A DNA stretch of 64,000 nt from an uncultured virus (IMG/VR IMGVR_UViG_3300006213_002470) (IMGVR_UViG_3300006213_002470), one strand, 5' to 3'. Counted from the stretch's first letter, positions 19,104 through 29,275 are shown. The notes: generated by a model from the letters alone, not told the origin. Numbers and translations: made by a program.

Positions 19104-19709
19104 TTATTCGTTTAATAATGCCTTCCAATAATAGTGAGTATATATTATTTTGAAAAACATCGTCCGCTTCACCTCAATGTCAGCAAACTTTTTACCATCT
19201 GCCAGTATATAATAGTTTTGATTTTCACTATCGTAACTAATGGTAAACTCCTTGCTGAAATCGTATTGAACTGCACTGTATACTCCTATATCAACCCACA
19301 TTTGCTTAAGCTGACGTTGATATTCTATCGTTTCGGGAAATATTACATCAACCAACTCTGCTGGTGTCACACTACTTAAAACTTCATATTTAAAAATTTC
19401 TTCCTTATCTGGCAATCCTGTATTTAGCTCATAAAGCTCCTTATCATTTTCGGAAGATACTGATACAAAAATTCTTCCATGGTGTAAATCATATAATCTG
19501 CCAATCTGCATAAACATTTCCGGGAAAAACGGTATCAATAGCACTCCGGTAAAGAAAATCATTAAAGAATAATACATGGCATAATGATACCATCTGATAT
19601 TGGTAATCCATTCTTTTCTTCCGGCATGGTAAAATACAGCCCGTTTAAATATCATGCGAAAAACAAAAAATAAAACTAGTGCAAACGGGAAAAATAATAT
19701 GTTTTTCAT
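19104..19709 (-). CDS. Membrane protein with two N-terminal TM segments
   Basis: Hydrophobic segments near aa 4-22 and 45-63. Confidence 0.7.
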   Translation of the reverse strand: MKNILFFPFALVLFFVFRMIFKRAVFYHAGRKEWITNIRWYHYAMYYSLMIFFTGVLLIPFFPEMFMQIGRLYDLHHGRIFVSVSSENDKELYELNTGLPDKEEIFKYEVLSSVTPAELVDVIFPETIEYQRQLKQMWVDIGVYSAVQYDFSKEFTISYDSENQNYYILADGKKFADIEVKRTMFFKIIYTHYYWKALLNE

Positions 19710-19900
19710 TCTACTTTACTTTGAAATATGTTTCCTGTTGGTCTTAACCTGCAAACGCATATTTCCTATATATCCTTCCTTTTGTAATTATCAATCATTG
19801 TAACACACCCTACTTCTTCAAATTTCTCCGGGCGCCAACAGCCTTTCATTTGCTTGGCCTAATATAATAAACACATATAGAACTTGATTCTTCTGCTCGC

Positions 19901-19972
19901 ATTATATTGTTCATACTCCACATATGTCAAGTAATCATACCTGATGTACAATTTTTTATTCCAATGTACAAC
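19901..19972 (-). promoter_or_regulatory. SigA promoter with an upstream LytTR-type direct repeat
   Basis: TTGACA (19930-19925)-N18-TATAAT (19906-19901); atgtacaat-N11-atgtacaac at 19944-19972. Confidence 0.75.
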
Positions 19973-20070
19973 CCGATATTCTGTTACGCGGTTTCAAAAA
20001 GATGGAGGGTGCAGTAAAAATCATCGACAATAGGCGACTCACCAGTTAAAAAATTCTGTTTTTTGGGGCA

Positions 20071-20123
20071 AAAAAAGGAGCTGATGCTCCGGTAGATCAT
20101 TCAATCCACCGAAGCATCAGCCC
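20071..20123 (-). terminator. Terminator downstream of the cold-shock gene pair
   Basis: gctgatgctccggt / accgaagcatcagc stem plus T-run. Confidence 0.7.
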
Positions 20124-20131
20124 ATATGATT

Positions 20132-20221
20132 TCATACTCTTTTCTTTAAAACAACGCAGGTAACAGTGCCTATAATACCTGCCACCAGTGCCACTATTGC
20201 AATCTTTGTTCTTTTCTTCAT
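20132..20221 (-). CDS. Small single-TM peptide (29 aa, not in ORF track)
   Basis: [34 protein letters not shown] coupling to the csp gene; AAGGAG RBS. Confidence 0.6.
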   Translation of the reverse strand: MKKRTKIAIVALVAGIIGTVTCVVLKKRV

Positions 20222-20457
20222 TACTCATCTTCTCCTTCCGTAATAATGGTAACTTCTTTTGCAACTGTACGTCCTTGTCCGTCTTCGTCCTGAACAAAGG
20301 AAACAGTCTGCCCTGCTTTGAGCCTCTTGAAACCTTCCATGTTGATGTTTGAGAAATGAACAAAGCAATCTACACCGTCTTCATCGGAAATAAACCCGTA
20401 TCCCTTTCTCACATCAAACCATTTCACGGTTCCTTTCATCAAATCTTTCTTGGCCAT
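20221..20457 (-). CDS. Cold-shock domain protein
   Basis: [14 protein letters not shown] (RNP1), FVHFS (RNP2). Confidence 0.92.
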   Translation of the reverse strand: MAKKDLMKGTVKWFDVRKGYGFISDEDGVDCFVHFSNINMEGFKRLKAGQTVSFVQDEDGQGRTVAKEVTIITEGEDE

Positions 20458-20516
20458 AATTTTTTCACTCCTTTTCTACCTTATTATAATGTATATCGTG
20501 CATGGCAACACGAAAA

Positions 20517-20554
20517 GGGCATGGCGGACTCGAACCGCCTGTACCTTGCTGCCC
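20517..20554 (-). ncRNA. tRNA-like minihelix (T-arm plus short outer stem), not a full tRNA
   Basis: GGGCA-N10-GGCGG TTCGAGT CCGCC-A-TGCCC on the minus strand. Confidence 0.4.
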
Positions 20555-20561
20555 ACCGCCA

Positions 20562-22331
20562 TCATTTCTTTGGCGCAATATGCCAGTCAGACCACAGGTT
20601 CCCACTAATCTGTACCGAATCTGTCAGGTTGGCTGACAGCATCCCGTCTGGCGTCCAGCTATCCATAACGTAGGTGTATACAGTATAGCTTCCGTCCGGC
20701 ATCCAGATTGGAGAGAAATGCGTCCTTCTCCCATAAGTGGAATACTCATTGCTTTTAAACTGATACTCTGCTTCCATTCCGCTGGTTGTTCTCTCAAGCA
20801 GCCGCCAATAAGTCCTATAATAAAACTCCGGGAAATAAGAAACCGCCGTCTGTGACCCAGTGACTGCCGTAGCCTGATTTGTTGTCGTCGTCGTATTGAC
20901 CGTGATATTGACTCCGTATCCGCTCTTGATCGTAGATCCTGCAACTGTAGGATTTTTATCATCCGGTGACAGTTCCACGGAGGCGCTCATTGAAGCACTG
21001 TAATGTTCCAAATCAAACTCCCACCAGCCTTCATCTACCCATTCGCCTTCGTCCACCCAGCTTCCATGATCTGTCGTACATCCATCCGCGCAGGATTCAC
21101 TATGCGAACCGGAATGCCATTTCCAATCGCTGTGCCATACCCAGTATTCCTGCCACCATGGAACCCATATACTCCAATACGCGCTATCTTTCTCAGGATT
21201 ATCTGGTATTTCCGCGTTGGACGATGAATATGCATTATTCCTGTCGTTGGCAGTGGGATTGGGAGGATCGTTCCCATCAAGGTCAACAATCCTTGCCTTG
21301 ATGCTTCCCTGTCCTGGTGCACCGCTCCCACTGGCACTGACTGTTATGGTGATTGTCTGCGGAGTAGATGGCGTCCTCCATCTTACCCATGCAAGCTGCG
21401 ATGCACCGTCAGGATAATAGACATTTTCTACGGTATAGCTCCTTCCGTCGATTTGAAATGTCACATTAACCGGATGGTCGGGGTCTGACTGCCCGCCAGT
21501 GATGGTTACAGCCGTAATTACATCCGTATTAACCCTGTACTCGTAATCTACCGCCTCCAATTCCGGAGGCGTAACCATTTCATTAAAGCGCACGATTCCT
21601 ATTCCAAGCGAAGAAATAATGCTCTCATTGGAAACACGCTCCATCTTTGAACCCGTCCAAGCCGGAAAACCCAAATCCGGTGTCTCCAAAAAGATTGCAA
21701 GCGGCAGATTCTTGTGAGACAATGAAGGCATTTTACTATGCATTAAACCGCCAAGCATCCGATCGTACATGGCCGCTTCCGTTGCGGTCATTGCCGTCCT
21801 TGTGCCCTGAAACGTCACATATGCAAGCGGTTCTATCAGCAGCTTATATTCACCGCTTATTAACGTATCAAAATCAAAGCCACAGTAACCGGCAATACCG
21901 CGGATTACCTGTTCATCTGTAAAATACCTCTTTATCTGTGCTATATTGCCGCCCCCGGAAGATGTACTAATAATTCTTGGTAATGACTGACCTGGATTAA
22001 TATAACCATACGTACCTGTATCTGGTGTCAGTGACGCACCGCTCTTATAAGCAATCTTGCATGTTTTTGTGAAATGTTTCACAACATTTCCGGGATTAAC
22101 ATTCGTCAGGTCAACTGATGCAGATACAACAGCTCCATCTGATGCCCGGACTATCGTAACTCTTACGCCTTCATCTCCATTTACCCATTTATTGGTGCTT
22201 GTTCCTGCACCAAATCCACCACCTCCTCCGTCCATATTTCCCTCACCTGTGGCAAACACTGTTTCTGTCTCCCATAAGGACAAAAATAAAAGCAACATGA
22301 GCAAACATGCCGCTTTTCTTCGGATTTTCAT
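20562..22331 (-). CDS. Large secreted Tad-locus-associated protein (putative adhesin)
   Basis: Signal peptide; Ser/Thr/Gly-rich; Trp-rich segment; last large gene of the Tad cluster. Confidence 0.7.
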   Translation of the reverse strand: MKIRRKAACLLMLLLFLSLWETETVFATGEGNMDGGGGGFGAGTSTNKWVNGDEGVRVTIVRASDGAVVSASVDLTNVNPGNVVKHFTKTCKIAYKSGASLTPDTGTYGYINPGQSLPRIISTSSGGGNIAQIKRYFTDEQVIRGIAGYCGFDFDTLISGEYKLLIEPLAYVTFQGTRTAMTATEAAMYDRMLGGLMHSKMPSLSHKNLPLAIFLETPDLGFPAWTGSKMERVSNESIISSLGIGIVRFNEMVTPPELEAVDYEYRVNTDVITAVTITGGQSDPDHPVNVTFQIDGRSYTVENVYYPDGASQLAWVRWRTPSTPQTITITVSASGSGAPGQGSIKARIVDLDGNDPPNPTANDRNNAYSSSNAEIPDNPEKDSAYWSIWVPWWQEYWVWHSDWKWHSGSHSESCADGCTTDHGSWVDEGEWVDEGWWEFDLEHYSASMSASVELSPDDKNPTVAGSTIKSGYGVNITVNTTTTTNQATAVTGSQTAVSYFPEFYYRTYWRLLERTTSGMEAEYQFKSNEYSTYGRRTHFSPIWMPDGSYTVYTYVMDSWTPDGMLSANLTDSVQISGNLWSDWHIAPKK

Positions 22332-22382
22332 ATAAAACCTCGCTTTCTATAAAAAGGGGACGCCGTAAAGCATCCCCCTCGT

Positions 22383-22979
22383 TTAGTCCATAATCCCAAT
22401 TGTGTTTCCATTCTCGTAGATATCATCTCCCTGTATGCCAGATGTGCCGCCGCCATTGTAATCTACCCATCCAAATCCTTCAAAATAAATTTTTCCATCC
22501 TTTATATCACCATCTTTAGGTGTCGTAGGCGCGTCTTCTTTACTGGATTCTGAAGATGGTGTCTCTGAAGGATTCTCTCTATCCGCAGGGATTTTCTTGT
22601 TTTCCGGCTTTTCACTGGAACCGTTCTGCTCTGCTTTCGTTGCCGCCTCTGCCGGCGCTTCACTGGGTTTATTTTCCGCTGTCTTCACCGGATCATTCTG
22701 AATGGACTGTGTTGCGTCATCCGTATCGGCGGTTTTTCTTGAATCAATCGGTTCGGTGGAGACTGTAAGTTCCTCCGTTTCCTGTACTTCCACATCTTCA
22801 TATTCTGTATCTACAACTACATTAACATCATCCTCATCCGCCTTCTGGGTTTCAGCCGCCACTTCAACCGGCTTGTCCGTTATCAGGCACAAGCGTATTC
22901 CGCAGAACGCTCCAATCCCTACTGCAATCAATGCTGCCGCTAATGCAATTTTTTTTGTCTTATCATTCCACTTTTTCAT
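22383..22979 (-). CDS. DUF6550-like membrane-anchored protein
   Basis: N-terminal TM, low-complexity stalk, C-terminal KDGKIYFEGFGWV...ENGNTIGIMD. Confidence 0.65.
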   Translation of the reverse strand: MKKWNDKTKKIALAAALIAVGIGAFCGIRLCLITDKPVEVAAETQKADEDDVNVVVDTEYEDVEVQETEELTVSTEPIDSRKTADTDDATQSIQNDPVKTAENKPSEAPAEAATKAEQNGSSEKPENKKIPADRENPSETPSSESSKEDAPTTPKDGDIKDGKIYFEGFGWVDYNGGGTSGIQGDDIYENGNTIGIMD

Positions 22980-23060
22980 AAAATCCCTCCTAGTTTTGTT
23001 TTCTGATTTCATTGTAATATACTCTTTTCAATATGTCTAATTTTCAGCAATTTTTTTTTG

Positions 23061-23603
23061 CTAGAATTTTGGCGTATATGCAGCTTTACTCCTGACGGTA
23101 ATCTTCATGTCCGGAAGTACTTTCTGGAGAAAAGAAACCGGCACTTCAAGCCTCACTGTGGTTTCTGCCTCAAACGAGCTTGTATCGCCAGATGCCAGTC
23201 CTGCATTATGGATATACACCTGTAAACCCGTAATTCGGAACTCTGTTGCTCCATCAGATGATATTTTATAATGATATTCACCATCTTCCTGAAGACCGAG
23301 CAATCCGTCCAGCCTTCCATAGATATCCCCGTAGTTCAGGCTCTCCTCGAAAGAACCATCTGTCGGCTGATATCCAGCGGCATATCCTTCGCGCACCGCA
23401 TGGTATACATCTGCATAATTGTCGTTAATGGTAGATATAATTGCCTCCTGCATTGCATCTTTTACGCCTGCAGACACAATCATGAGTCTCGCGAACTGCA
23501 TGATGACAAGAACAAGCATCAACAATGCAAGTGTTACTGCCACAGCAAGCGGCATTCCATTTCCTTTCTTATCTAAAACGAGCCTTTTACATTTTTCCAT
23601 CAT
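23061..23603 (-). CDS. Tad pseudopilin-like protein
   Basis: KKG-N class III signal followed by a hydrophobic helix. Confidence 0.65.
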   Translation of the reverse strand: MMEKCKRLVLDKKGNGMPLAVAVTLALLMLVLVIMQFARLMIVSAGVKDAMQEAIISTINDNYADVYHAVREGYAAGYQPTDGSFEESLNYGDIYGRLDGLLGLQEDGEYHYKISSDGATEFRITGLQVYIHNAGLASGDTSSFEAETTVRLEVPVSFLQKVLPDMKITVRSKAAYTPKF

Positions 23604-24004
23604 TTATGGTACACCTCACTTTTCCCACTTGCCCTTGCTTTCAGATGGACCGGAAATGAACCGAAGCCGCCAAACAGCCCGATATTCCTCTCTAATGTGA
23701 GTGTTACCGTTACCTCTTCGTTCAGCTGGATATTCCCTGTTTTTGACCATGATACAGAGGGGTATAGCCCCGTTTTTTCATTTAAGACCCTTTCCCTGTC
23801 GCTTGTTTCCGAGCCTACCCGTCCTGCTATTTCCGCTTCCCTCACCAGCTCGTCCGCAAAATTATCAAGCTGAAGTTTCACAATATATACCGGATACACG
23901 CGTACGGCAAGCGCAATCACCAGCATTGCACATAGAACCAGGACAACGGTATCTATATAACCTTCTCCTTTCTTGTTTAAAAGGTGTTTTCTATCTTTCT
24001 TCAT
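23600..24004 (-). CDS. DUF4320-like TadE-type pseudopilin
   Basis: KKG-EGYID prepilin signal; ELVREAEIAG; C-terminal SGKSEVYHK. Confidence 0.75.
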   Translation of the reverse strand: MKKDRKHLLNKKGEGYIDTVVLVLCAMLVIALAVRVYPVYIVKLQLDNFADELVREAEIAGRVGSETSDRERVLNEKTGLYPSVSWSKTGNIQLNEEVTVTLTLERNIGLFGGFGSFPVHLKARASGKSEVYHK

Positions 24005-24013
24005 ACGCGCCTC

Positions 24014-24886
24014 CTACATCATGCCGCTCATGGATTTTAAAATCTCATACCCTATGATAATAATATATGTAATCATAAAGCACATCAGCATTGCAAATGA
24101 GTATTTTCGTATTTTGGGCGGAATTTTCTGTGCTTTTGTCTTCAGGCGCTGTATCTCTATCTGCTTAAAGTCATGCACAAGCATCTGGAAATATACCGCG
24201 CTGTCATCTCCCCTTAATACGCCTATCAGACCACGCACAATATCAGACAACTGCGGCGAATTTAACCTTGCCTCAAAACGTGTCAGTGCAGCCTCATAAC
24301 TGGAAGATCTCATATCCGCGCACACAATGTCCAGTTCCTGTGCAAACTCCGGCCCTGCATTTTTCTTGTAATTTTCCAGAATGGATAGCACGTCCCTGCT
24401 GTTTTTAAGTTCCTGCTCGATGGTGGACGCAAATCTGGAAAGCTCATCTTCTATGGCTTCCCTTTTCTCGCGAAGTTTCTCGTCCGCTTTTCCTATCTCA
24501 TTGAAATAAACCATGACAGCCGACATAAGCACTATAACAGCTGCCAGCGGAAATATGTACAGGCATGGGACAATTCCTAACAGGACAAACGCCGTCTTTA
24601 TCATTGCATAGGAAGCATAGACCTCGGGCGATATATTCATGCCTGCCGCTTTTAATGTTGCTGCCATCCGCGCCTTTTTATGCTGGTTCATTGGCAGATA
24701 TCTTGATAATACCACAGCGCCGTCCATAATCCACATATCCACTGTTTTCGCGGCTTTCTTTTCTGACCGCCCCGCAGCCGACATTACCTTTACTGTCTGC
24801 ATGGTCGGAATCCGGAATACATCCGCAAGGATCAGGAACAGTCCGGCAGCGAAAAAAAAGCCAAATAAAATCATTAGTATTACCAT
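24014..24886 (-). CDS. tadC: Tad pilus membrane platform protein, TadC-like
   Basis: Multi-TM T2SS-F-like protein following TadB. Confidence 0.7.
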   Translation of the reverse strand: MVILMILFGFFFAAGLFLILADVFRIPTMQTVKVMSAAGRSEKKAAKTVDMWIMDGAVVLSRYLPMNQHKKARMAATLKAAGMNISPEVYASYAMIKTAFVLLGIVPCLYIFPLAAVIVLMSAVMVYFNEIGKADEKLREKREAIEDELSRFASTIEQELKNSRDVLSILENYKKNAGPEFAQELDIVCADMRSSSYEAALTRFEARLNSPQLSDIVRGLIGVLRGDDSAVYFQMLVHDFKQIEIQRLKTKAQKIPPKIRKYSFAMLMCFMITYIIIIGYEILKSMSGMM

Positions 24887-24895
24887 CGTTCCCTC

Positions 24896-25825
24896 CTATC
24901 TCCGATATTCAATTGGCTTTGTCAGCTGTACCACTTTTGCCGCCGAAAAGAAAATAACTGCGACTGTAATGCTCAACATCACCTGCCCGATCACGGTTGT
25001 CATCAACGCGTTATACCAGTCCTGATTTAAAAAATAAAGAAGCGGTATGTTTCCTACTACCAGAATTACCATTGTGATGAACTCCCGGCGAGGTTCATAA
25101 ACCATATACTCCAGATCTGCGTTTACAAGACGCATATCGGACAACTTGGCCACAATCGGCGTCAATATGGTCTTTAAGCTCCTATCAGTCTGGCACTCCT
25201 GCAATGCATCGCACCATTCCTCAAAGGTGTCATTGTGTATTTTTGTCTTCAGTTCATTCAGTGCGCTCCCTATATCCGGATTTACAAGGCGGATGCGCGA
25301 TGCAAACTCCTGAAATACCGTCTGCACAGGCGGGTTTAAGTAAAATACGCTTTCCTCAACCGCTGTCAGGATATCTTCGTTTCTCAGGTAAGATGTGGTG
25401 ATGATGGAGAGTGCCGTTTCAAGCTCTGCGGAGACATCTTTCTTGAAAGAGTGCGCAGTAAGCTTGATATACCAGAACGGCAGGAATAAACACCCCGTCG
25501 CCAGTACCGGGACAAGAAAAAAGTTTCCCATCAGTATAGCTGCTGATGCTCCCAATGTAAAAAATAAAAGTGCCGCCGTGCAGAGCAGCGGAAACTGCTT
25601 CTCTCTCCCGGTCACGCTTAAAATTTCCTGTACTTCAAGGATTTCGCGTTTCAGCAGCGGCATCTTTTTAGAATTAGTTTCTTCCAATATGGCATCCTGT
25701 ATATTTCGGGGCTTGCCAAGTATTCCCCTGAACAAGTCCGCCGTAAAATCTTCAAGCCGGATATTCCATACAAAAAAGCATCCCATGATCATGCCTATAC
25801 AGGCGATCAGCTGTAATGTCAGCAT
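24896..25825 (-). CDS. tadB: Tad pilus membrane platform protein, TadB-like
   Basis: ELETALSIITTSY; TM pattern; follows the ATPase. Confidence 0.7.
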   Translation of the reverse strand: MLTLQLIACIGMIMGCFFVWNIRLEDFTADLFRGILGKPRNIQDAILEETNSKKMPLLKREILEVQEILSVTGREKQFPLLCTAALLFFTLGASAAILMGNFFLVPVLATGCLFLPFWYIKLTAHSFKKDVSAELETALSIITTSYLRNEDILTAVEESVFYLNPPVQTVFQEFASRIRLVNPDIGSALNELKTKIHNDTFEEWCDALQECQTDRSLKTILTPIVAKLSDMRLVNADLEYMVYEPRREFITMVILVVGNIPLLYFLNQDWYNALMTTVIGQVMLSITVAVIFFSAAKVVQLTKPIEYRR

Positions 25826-27183
25826 TTCTTTCCCTCCTCTCCGGTTATCTTCACCAGTGTTTCCTTTGGCATTCCGTTTTCCAAAAGCCTTCTTTTCAAC
25901 CCTTCAGAAATTCCGTTTACCTTTTCATGGTTTCCCTTAATTACAAATTTCGTGCCTTCCATACGGTTCTCCCGGATATGATAGTGAAACAGCGTCCGGA
26001 AGTTATAGTTCCCATCGGGCAGAATTTCACATTCCATAATCTCCATGATTTTACGCTTCTTGTTCTCAAGCTGCTTTGTGAACACAATAATGGGAAACGC
26101 CTCCGTCACCAGGGACATCAGCGTTTCATCTTTAATGTCATATTTTCTTTTACAAAGCGTACACATTCTGCGGTACGTAGACTCACAGCTATTGCTGTGG
26201 ATTGTAGTAAGCACAGTATGACCGGTACGGGCGGCTTCCTGCGCCGTATATGCTTCATAGCTTCGCATCTCTCCTACACAGATAATTTCCGGATCAAAAC
26301 GCAGTGCCATATCCAAAAGCAGGTCCTGATCGATGTTCTGCTTTTCATTTTCCGACGATCTGGTAATTGTATGAATAACGCTGTTGCAGACTGCGCCATC
26401 GCGCTCCCTGACAAGATCAAGCTCACGGCTTCCGTTTTCTATTGTGAAAATACGCTTACTGTCCGGTATCGTGCCGAGCAGCCATCCGGTTACTGTTGTT
26501 TTCCCGGAGCTTGTCGCTCCGGCTACACATACACTGATTCCATAGCGGAGACACTCCGAAAGAAAATCAAGCTCCTCCTCCGTCGCTGTTCCGCCTTTTA
26601 CAAAGTCATCTTTTGTAAGCGACATCGGGTTTACAATACGTATGGACACCGCCACGCCCACGTCTTCGTCGACCAGTGGTGTCTTTAAAACCGCGATACG
26701 GATATTTTTGCTTAAATGCCCCAAAACAGCGGGACTTGCATTGTCCAGCACCATTCCGGAAATATGCAGCATCCTCCTTATCACGTTAATGGCGTGTTCC
26801 GGAGATTCAAAATGCTCTTTCAGCTTCTCACAGGTTCCATTAGAGTACTGCACCTCAATGTCACGCCACGAATTGACGTTAATCTCCTCTATTCCGGTAC
26901 CGAAAATGTATTTTGTGAGGAAAGAAAACTCTGCCATTTCTGTATATATGGCATCAATCAGCTCCTCCTCCGTCATTCCTTTTACCAAAATCCGATAGTC
27001 CATGACATATTTGCTGATATATCGCTTTATCTGCTGCTTTACCTCATCGTTGCCCCCATCCAGTATCAGCGTGGAATATTTGCTTGATATATATTCCTGA
27101 ACATCCTTTAATACTGACTGGAAATCTTTTGTGTCCTCCGGTGAGAAAAACAGTTCGTGTGTTCCTGAAACACTCTGATTCAT
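25819..27183 (-). CDS. tadA: Tad/Flp pilus assembly ATPase (CpaF/TadA)
   Basis: Walker A GATSSGKT; LRFDPEIICVGEMR; TGHTVLTTIH His-box. Confidence 0.9.
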   Translation of the reverse strand: MNQSVSGTHELFFSPEDTKDFQSVLKDVQEYISSKYSTLILDGGNDEVKQQIKRYISKYVMDYRILVKGMTEEELIDAIYTEMAEFSFLTKYIFGTGIEEINVNSWRDIEVQYSNGTCEKLKEHFESPEHAINVIRRMLHISGMVLDNASPAVLGHLSKNIRIAVLKTPLVDEDVGVAVSIRIVNPMSLTKDDFVKGGTATEEELDFLSECLRYGISVCVAGATSSGKTTVTGWLLGTIPDSKRIFTIENGSRELDLVRERDGAVCNSVIHTITRSSENEKQNIDQDLLLDMALRFDPEIICVGEMRSYEAYTAQEAARTGHTVLTTIHSNSCESTYRRMCTLCKRKYDIKDETLMSLVTEAFPIIVFTKQLENKKRKIMEIMECEILPDGNYNFRTLFHYHIRENRMEGTKFVIKGNHEKVNGISEGLKRRLLENGMPKETLVKITGEEGKKC

Positions 27184-27977
27184 AGGCCAAGCACCCCTTT
27201 CCCGATTGCATCAATTCCTGCTTTAAAATCCCGGCTTTCCTTTTGGGTAAGGTCGCAGAACAAACGTCCTTCCAGCGCCTGCGTTTCCACTTCTGCGCTG
27301 TGTGGTATGGTATATGCCACTTTCCCGAAAACCTGCTCCATGTAGTTTGCCGCTTCATTCGGTCTTACATCAGAAACAATTCGTATCTGCTTGTCCGCAT
27401 CCCACTTCTTGTCCTTTAAAAGCGGCAGCTGTGAAGACAGGTAGCTGATAGACTTTAAATTGCATGTTACTAAGCGCAGCACATAATCTGCCTCAATCAG
27501 CGATACAGCTGATAAAATGTCATACGCAATATAGCTTCCACAGTCAATGATGACATAATCCGCCATCATCTTCAGGTTCCTTACTAATTCCTCTGCCTGT
27601 ACCTGCGTATAGGGCGCATAAGTGAACACGTTTTCCCCTTTCTTCATCCCGATCATCGTCAGATATTTATATTTTTTATGAAAGACGCAGTTTTCCTTTA
27701 TAATTCCCTGCGTCACATGTGTTGCTGCAAGGATATTCCCCAGCGAATGTTCCTCCACCAGTTCAGACGGATTACAAAGACATGGCAGTGGTGGTGAAAC
27801 CATATCGCACAACAGAAGAATCACATTTTTCTTCCTGCTCGCAAGATAATGGGCAAGCTTTACGCTGACAGTTGTTTTTCCGGATGAAGGACTTCCCCAT
27901 ACGGCTATTACATTTCCATCCGGCAGTGTTGCTTCCTCTTCCTGGCGAAAAATGGAAGCCGGATTTATATTTAACAT
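27180..27977 (-). CDS. CpaE/TadZ-like ParA/MinD-type ATPase
   Basis: IAVWGSPSSGKTT; DYVIIDC. Confidence 0.75.
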   Translation of the reverse strand: MLNINPASIFRQEEEATLPDGNVIAVWGSPSSGKTTVSVKLAHYLASRKKNVILLLCDMVSPPLPCLCNPSELVEEHSLGNILAATHVTQGIIKENCVFHKKYKYLTMIGMKKGENVFTYAPYTQVQAEELVRNLKMMADYVIIDCGSYIAYDILSAVSLIEADYVLRLVTCNLKSISYLSSQLPLLKDKKWDADKQIRIVSDVRPNEAANYMEQVFGKVAYTIPHSAEVETQALEGRLFCDLTQKESRDFKAGIDAIGKGVLGL

Positions 27978-27980
27978 TCC

Positions 27981-28802
27981 TTATTCCTCCTCACTCATTT
28001 CTTCAGGATCACTGTTTTCCTGTTCTGCTTCTTCCTCATCCTCCATACTGCCCTCTTCGCTTTCTGCCTCTTCCGCAGCTTTTATCTCATCAAGTATGGT
28101 ATCCTGGGCAGCAATAAACTTGGCGGCGTTTTCTGTTGTCCCCCTATATACGAGTGACAGATGGATGTCTCCCTCCGCCTCCAGCTGCGCCAGAATCTTT
28201 GCCTGCTCCGGCCGCACCAAAAGCGTTACCGTTGAGGGAAGCTCCTTTTCTTCCGTATCCTCCCCGTTTTCCAGATTGGCATCATATCCGGATTTTGCTG
28301 TTACTGCGATCACCTCAACATACTGCAGTTCCTGCGGAATGACCGTTTCGCGGCTTCCCAAATAATCCGGCGCTATTACGGAAACTACGTCACCGCTTTT
28401 CAGCTTTCCGGACAGTCCCCTTGCAAACTTGTCAATTGTAATGGATATCGCCTGTTTCTCACCGTTAAGATGGTAAAGGTATGTATTTTCTTTTCCGGCG
28501 TCTTCCGACAGTTTTGCAGGGAACAGATAATCCCCCATAACCATATCCGCAGTCGCATACATTCCGTTCACTTCATCAATGGAGTGATACACATTTGCAG
28601 GCAGGTTATAATTCCCGACTTCCACTTCGGTCAGCATATTCTTTGTCAGCTGCTCACCGGCTTTTATTTCACGGTTTACCCGGACCACTGTTGTTTTCTT
28701 CGACAGTCCTACATTGATAAGCGGCGTAATCGCAAAGCAGATAATAAGTGATATGACAATGCAGGTAATGCCCAATATCATTCGATTCTTAAATAATTTC
28801 AT
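27981..28802 (-). CDS. cpaB: Flp pilus assembly protein CpaB/RcpC (SAF domain)
   Basis: N-terminal TM, SAF motif, GLSGKLKSGDVVSVI, LQYVEVIAV. Confidence 0.85.
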   Translation of the reverse strand: MKLFKNRMILGITCIVISLIICFAITPLINVGLSKKTTVVRVNREIKAGEQLTKNMLTEVEVGNYNLPANVYHSIDEVNGMYATADMVMGDYLFPAKLSEDAGKENTYLYHLNGEKQAISITIDKFARGLSGKLKSGDVVSVIAPDYLGSRETVIPQELQYVEVIAVTAKSGYDANLENGEDTEEKELPSTVTLLVRPEQAKILAQLEAEGDIHLSLVYRGTTENAAKFIAAQDTILDEIKAAEEAESEEGSMEDEEEAEQENSDPEEMSEEE

Positions 28803-28849
28803 TGTTTCCTCCAATCTTGTCGTGTAAAAACACTTTACTTTCTATAATT

Positions 28850-29275
28850 TCAAGGCATCTGCAGCAAATACATGCTGATGATACCTACCGATAAAAACGG
28901 AATTAGTGGATATGACTGTTTCCACTGCATCTTCCCCAAAAGCAGACTTCTTCCGAGGTGAAACGCTATCATACCCAAAAGCCCGATTATCATTGCAGAT
29001 ATTCCCGGGATAAGACCAATTACCATACCTGCAGCACCCATGATTTTAATGTCTGCGCCGCCAATCCCTCCCATGCTTATTGCCGCAATGAGAAAAGGAA
29101 GGCAACAAAAAACGCCCCACAGATTCTCATAATGTGGAACGCATATTGCCAGCAAAGCTAACATCATACTATAAATATCCGGTATCTGCCGGGTTTTTAT
29201 ATCGTGATAAGATGTTATAATGAGCAGTACAAACAGGACGCTGCCCTTTACTGCCCAGATGATCATAGGTGTCAT
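28850..29275 (-). CDS. Prepilin peptidase, A24 family
   Basis: HDIKTRQIPD, GGIGGADIK, YPLIPFL. Confidence 0.88.
   Translation of the reverse strand: MTPMIIWAVKGSVLFVLLIITSYHDIKTRQIPDIYSMMLALLAICVPHYENLWGVFCCLPFLIAAISMGGIGGADIKIMGAAGMVIGLIPGISAMIIGLLGMIAFHLGRSLLLGKMQWKQSYPLIPFLSVGIISMYLLQMP

Noticed and set aside
20490..20560. Complete tRNA gene
   Set aside because: Only a T-arm and a 5-bp outer stem; no D arm, anticodon arm or CCA
25816..26688. 290-aa plus-strand ORF and similar antisense ORFs (9008-9478, 47732-48364, 61452-62625)
   Set aside because: Shadows of well-supported genes on the opposite strand, with no recognisable motifs
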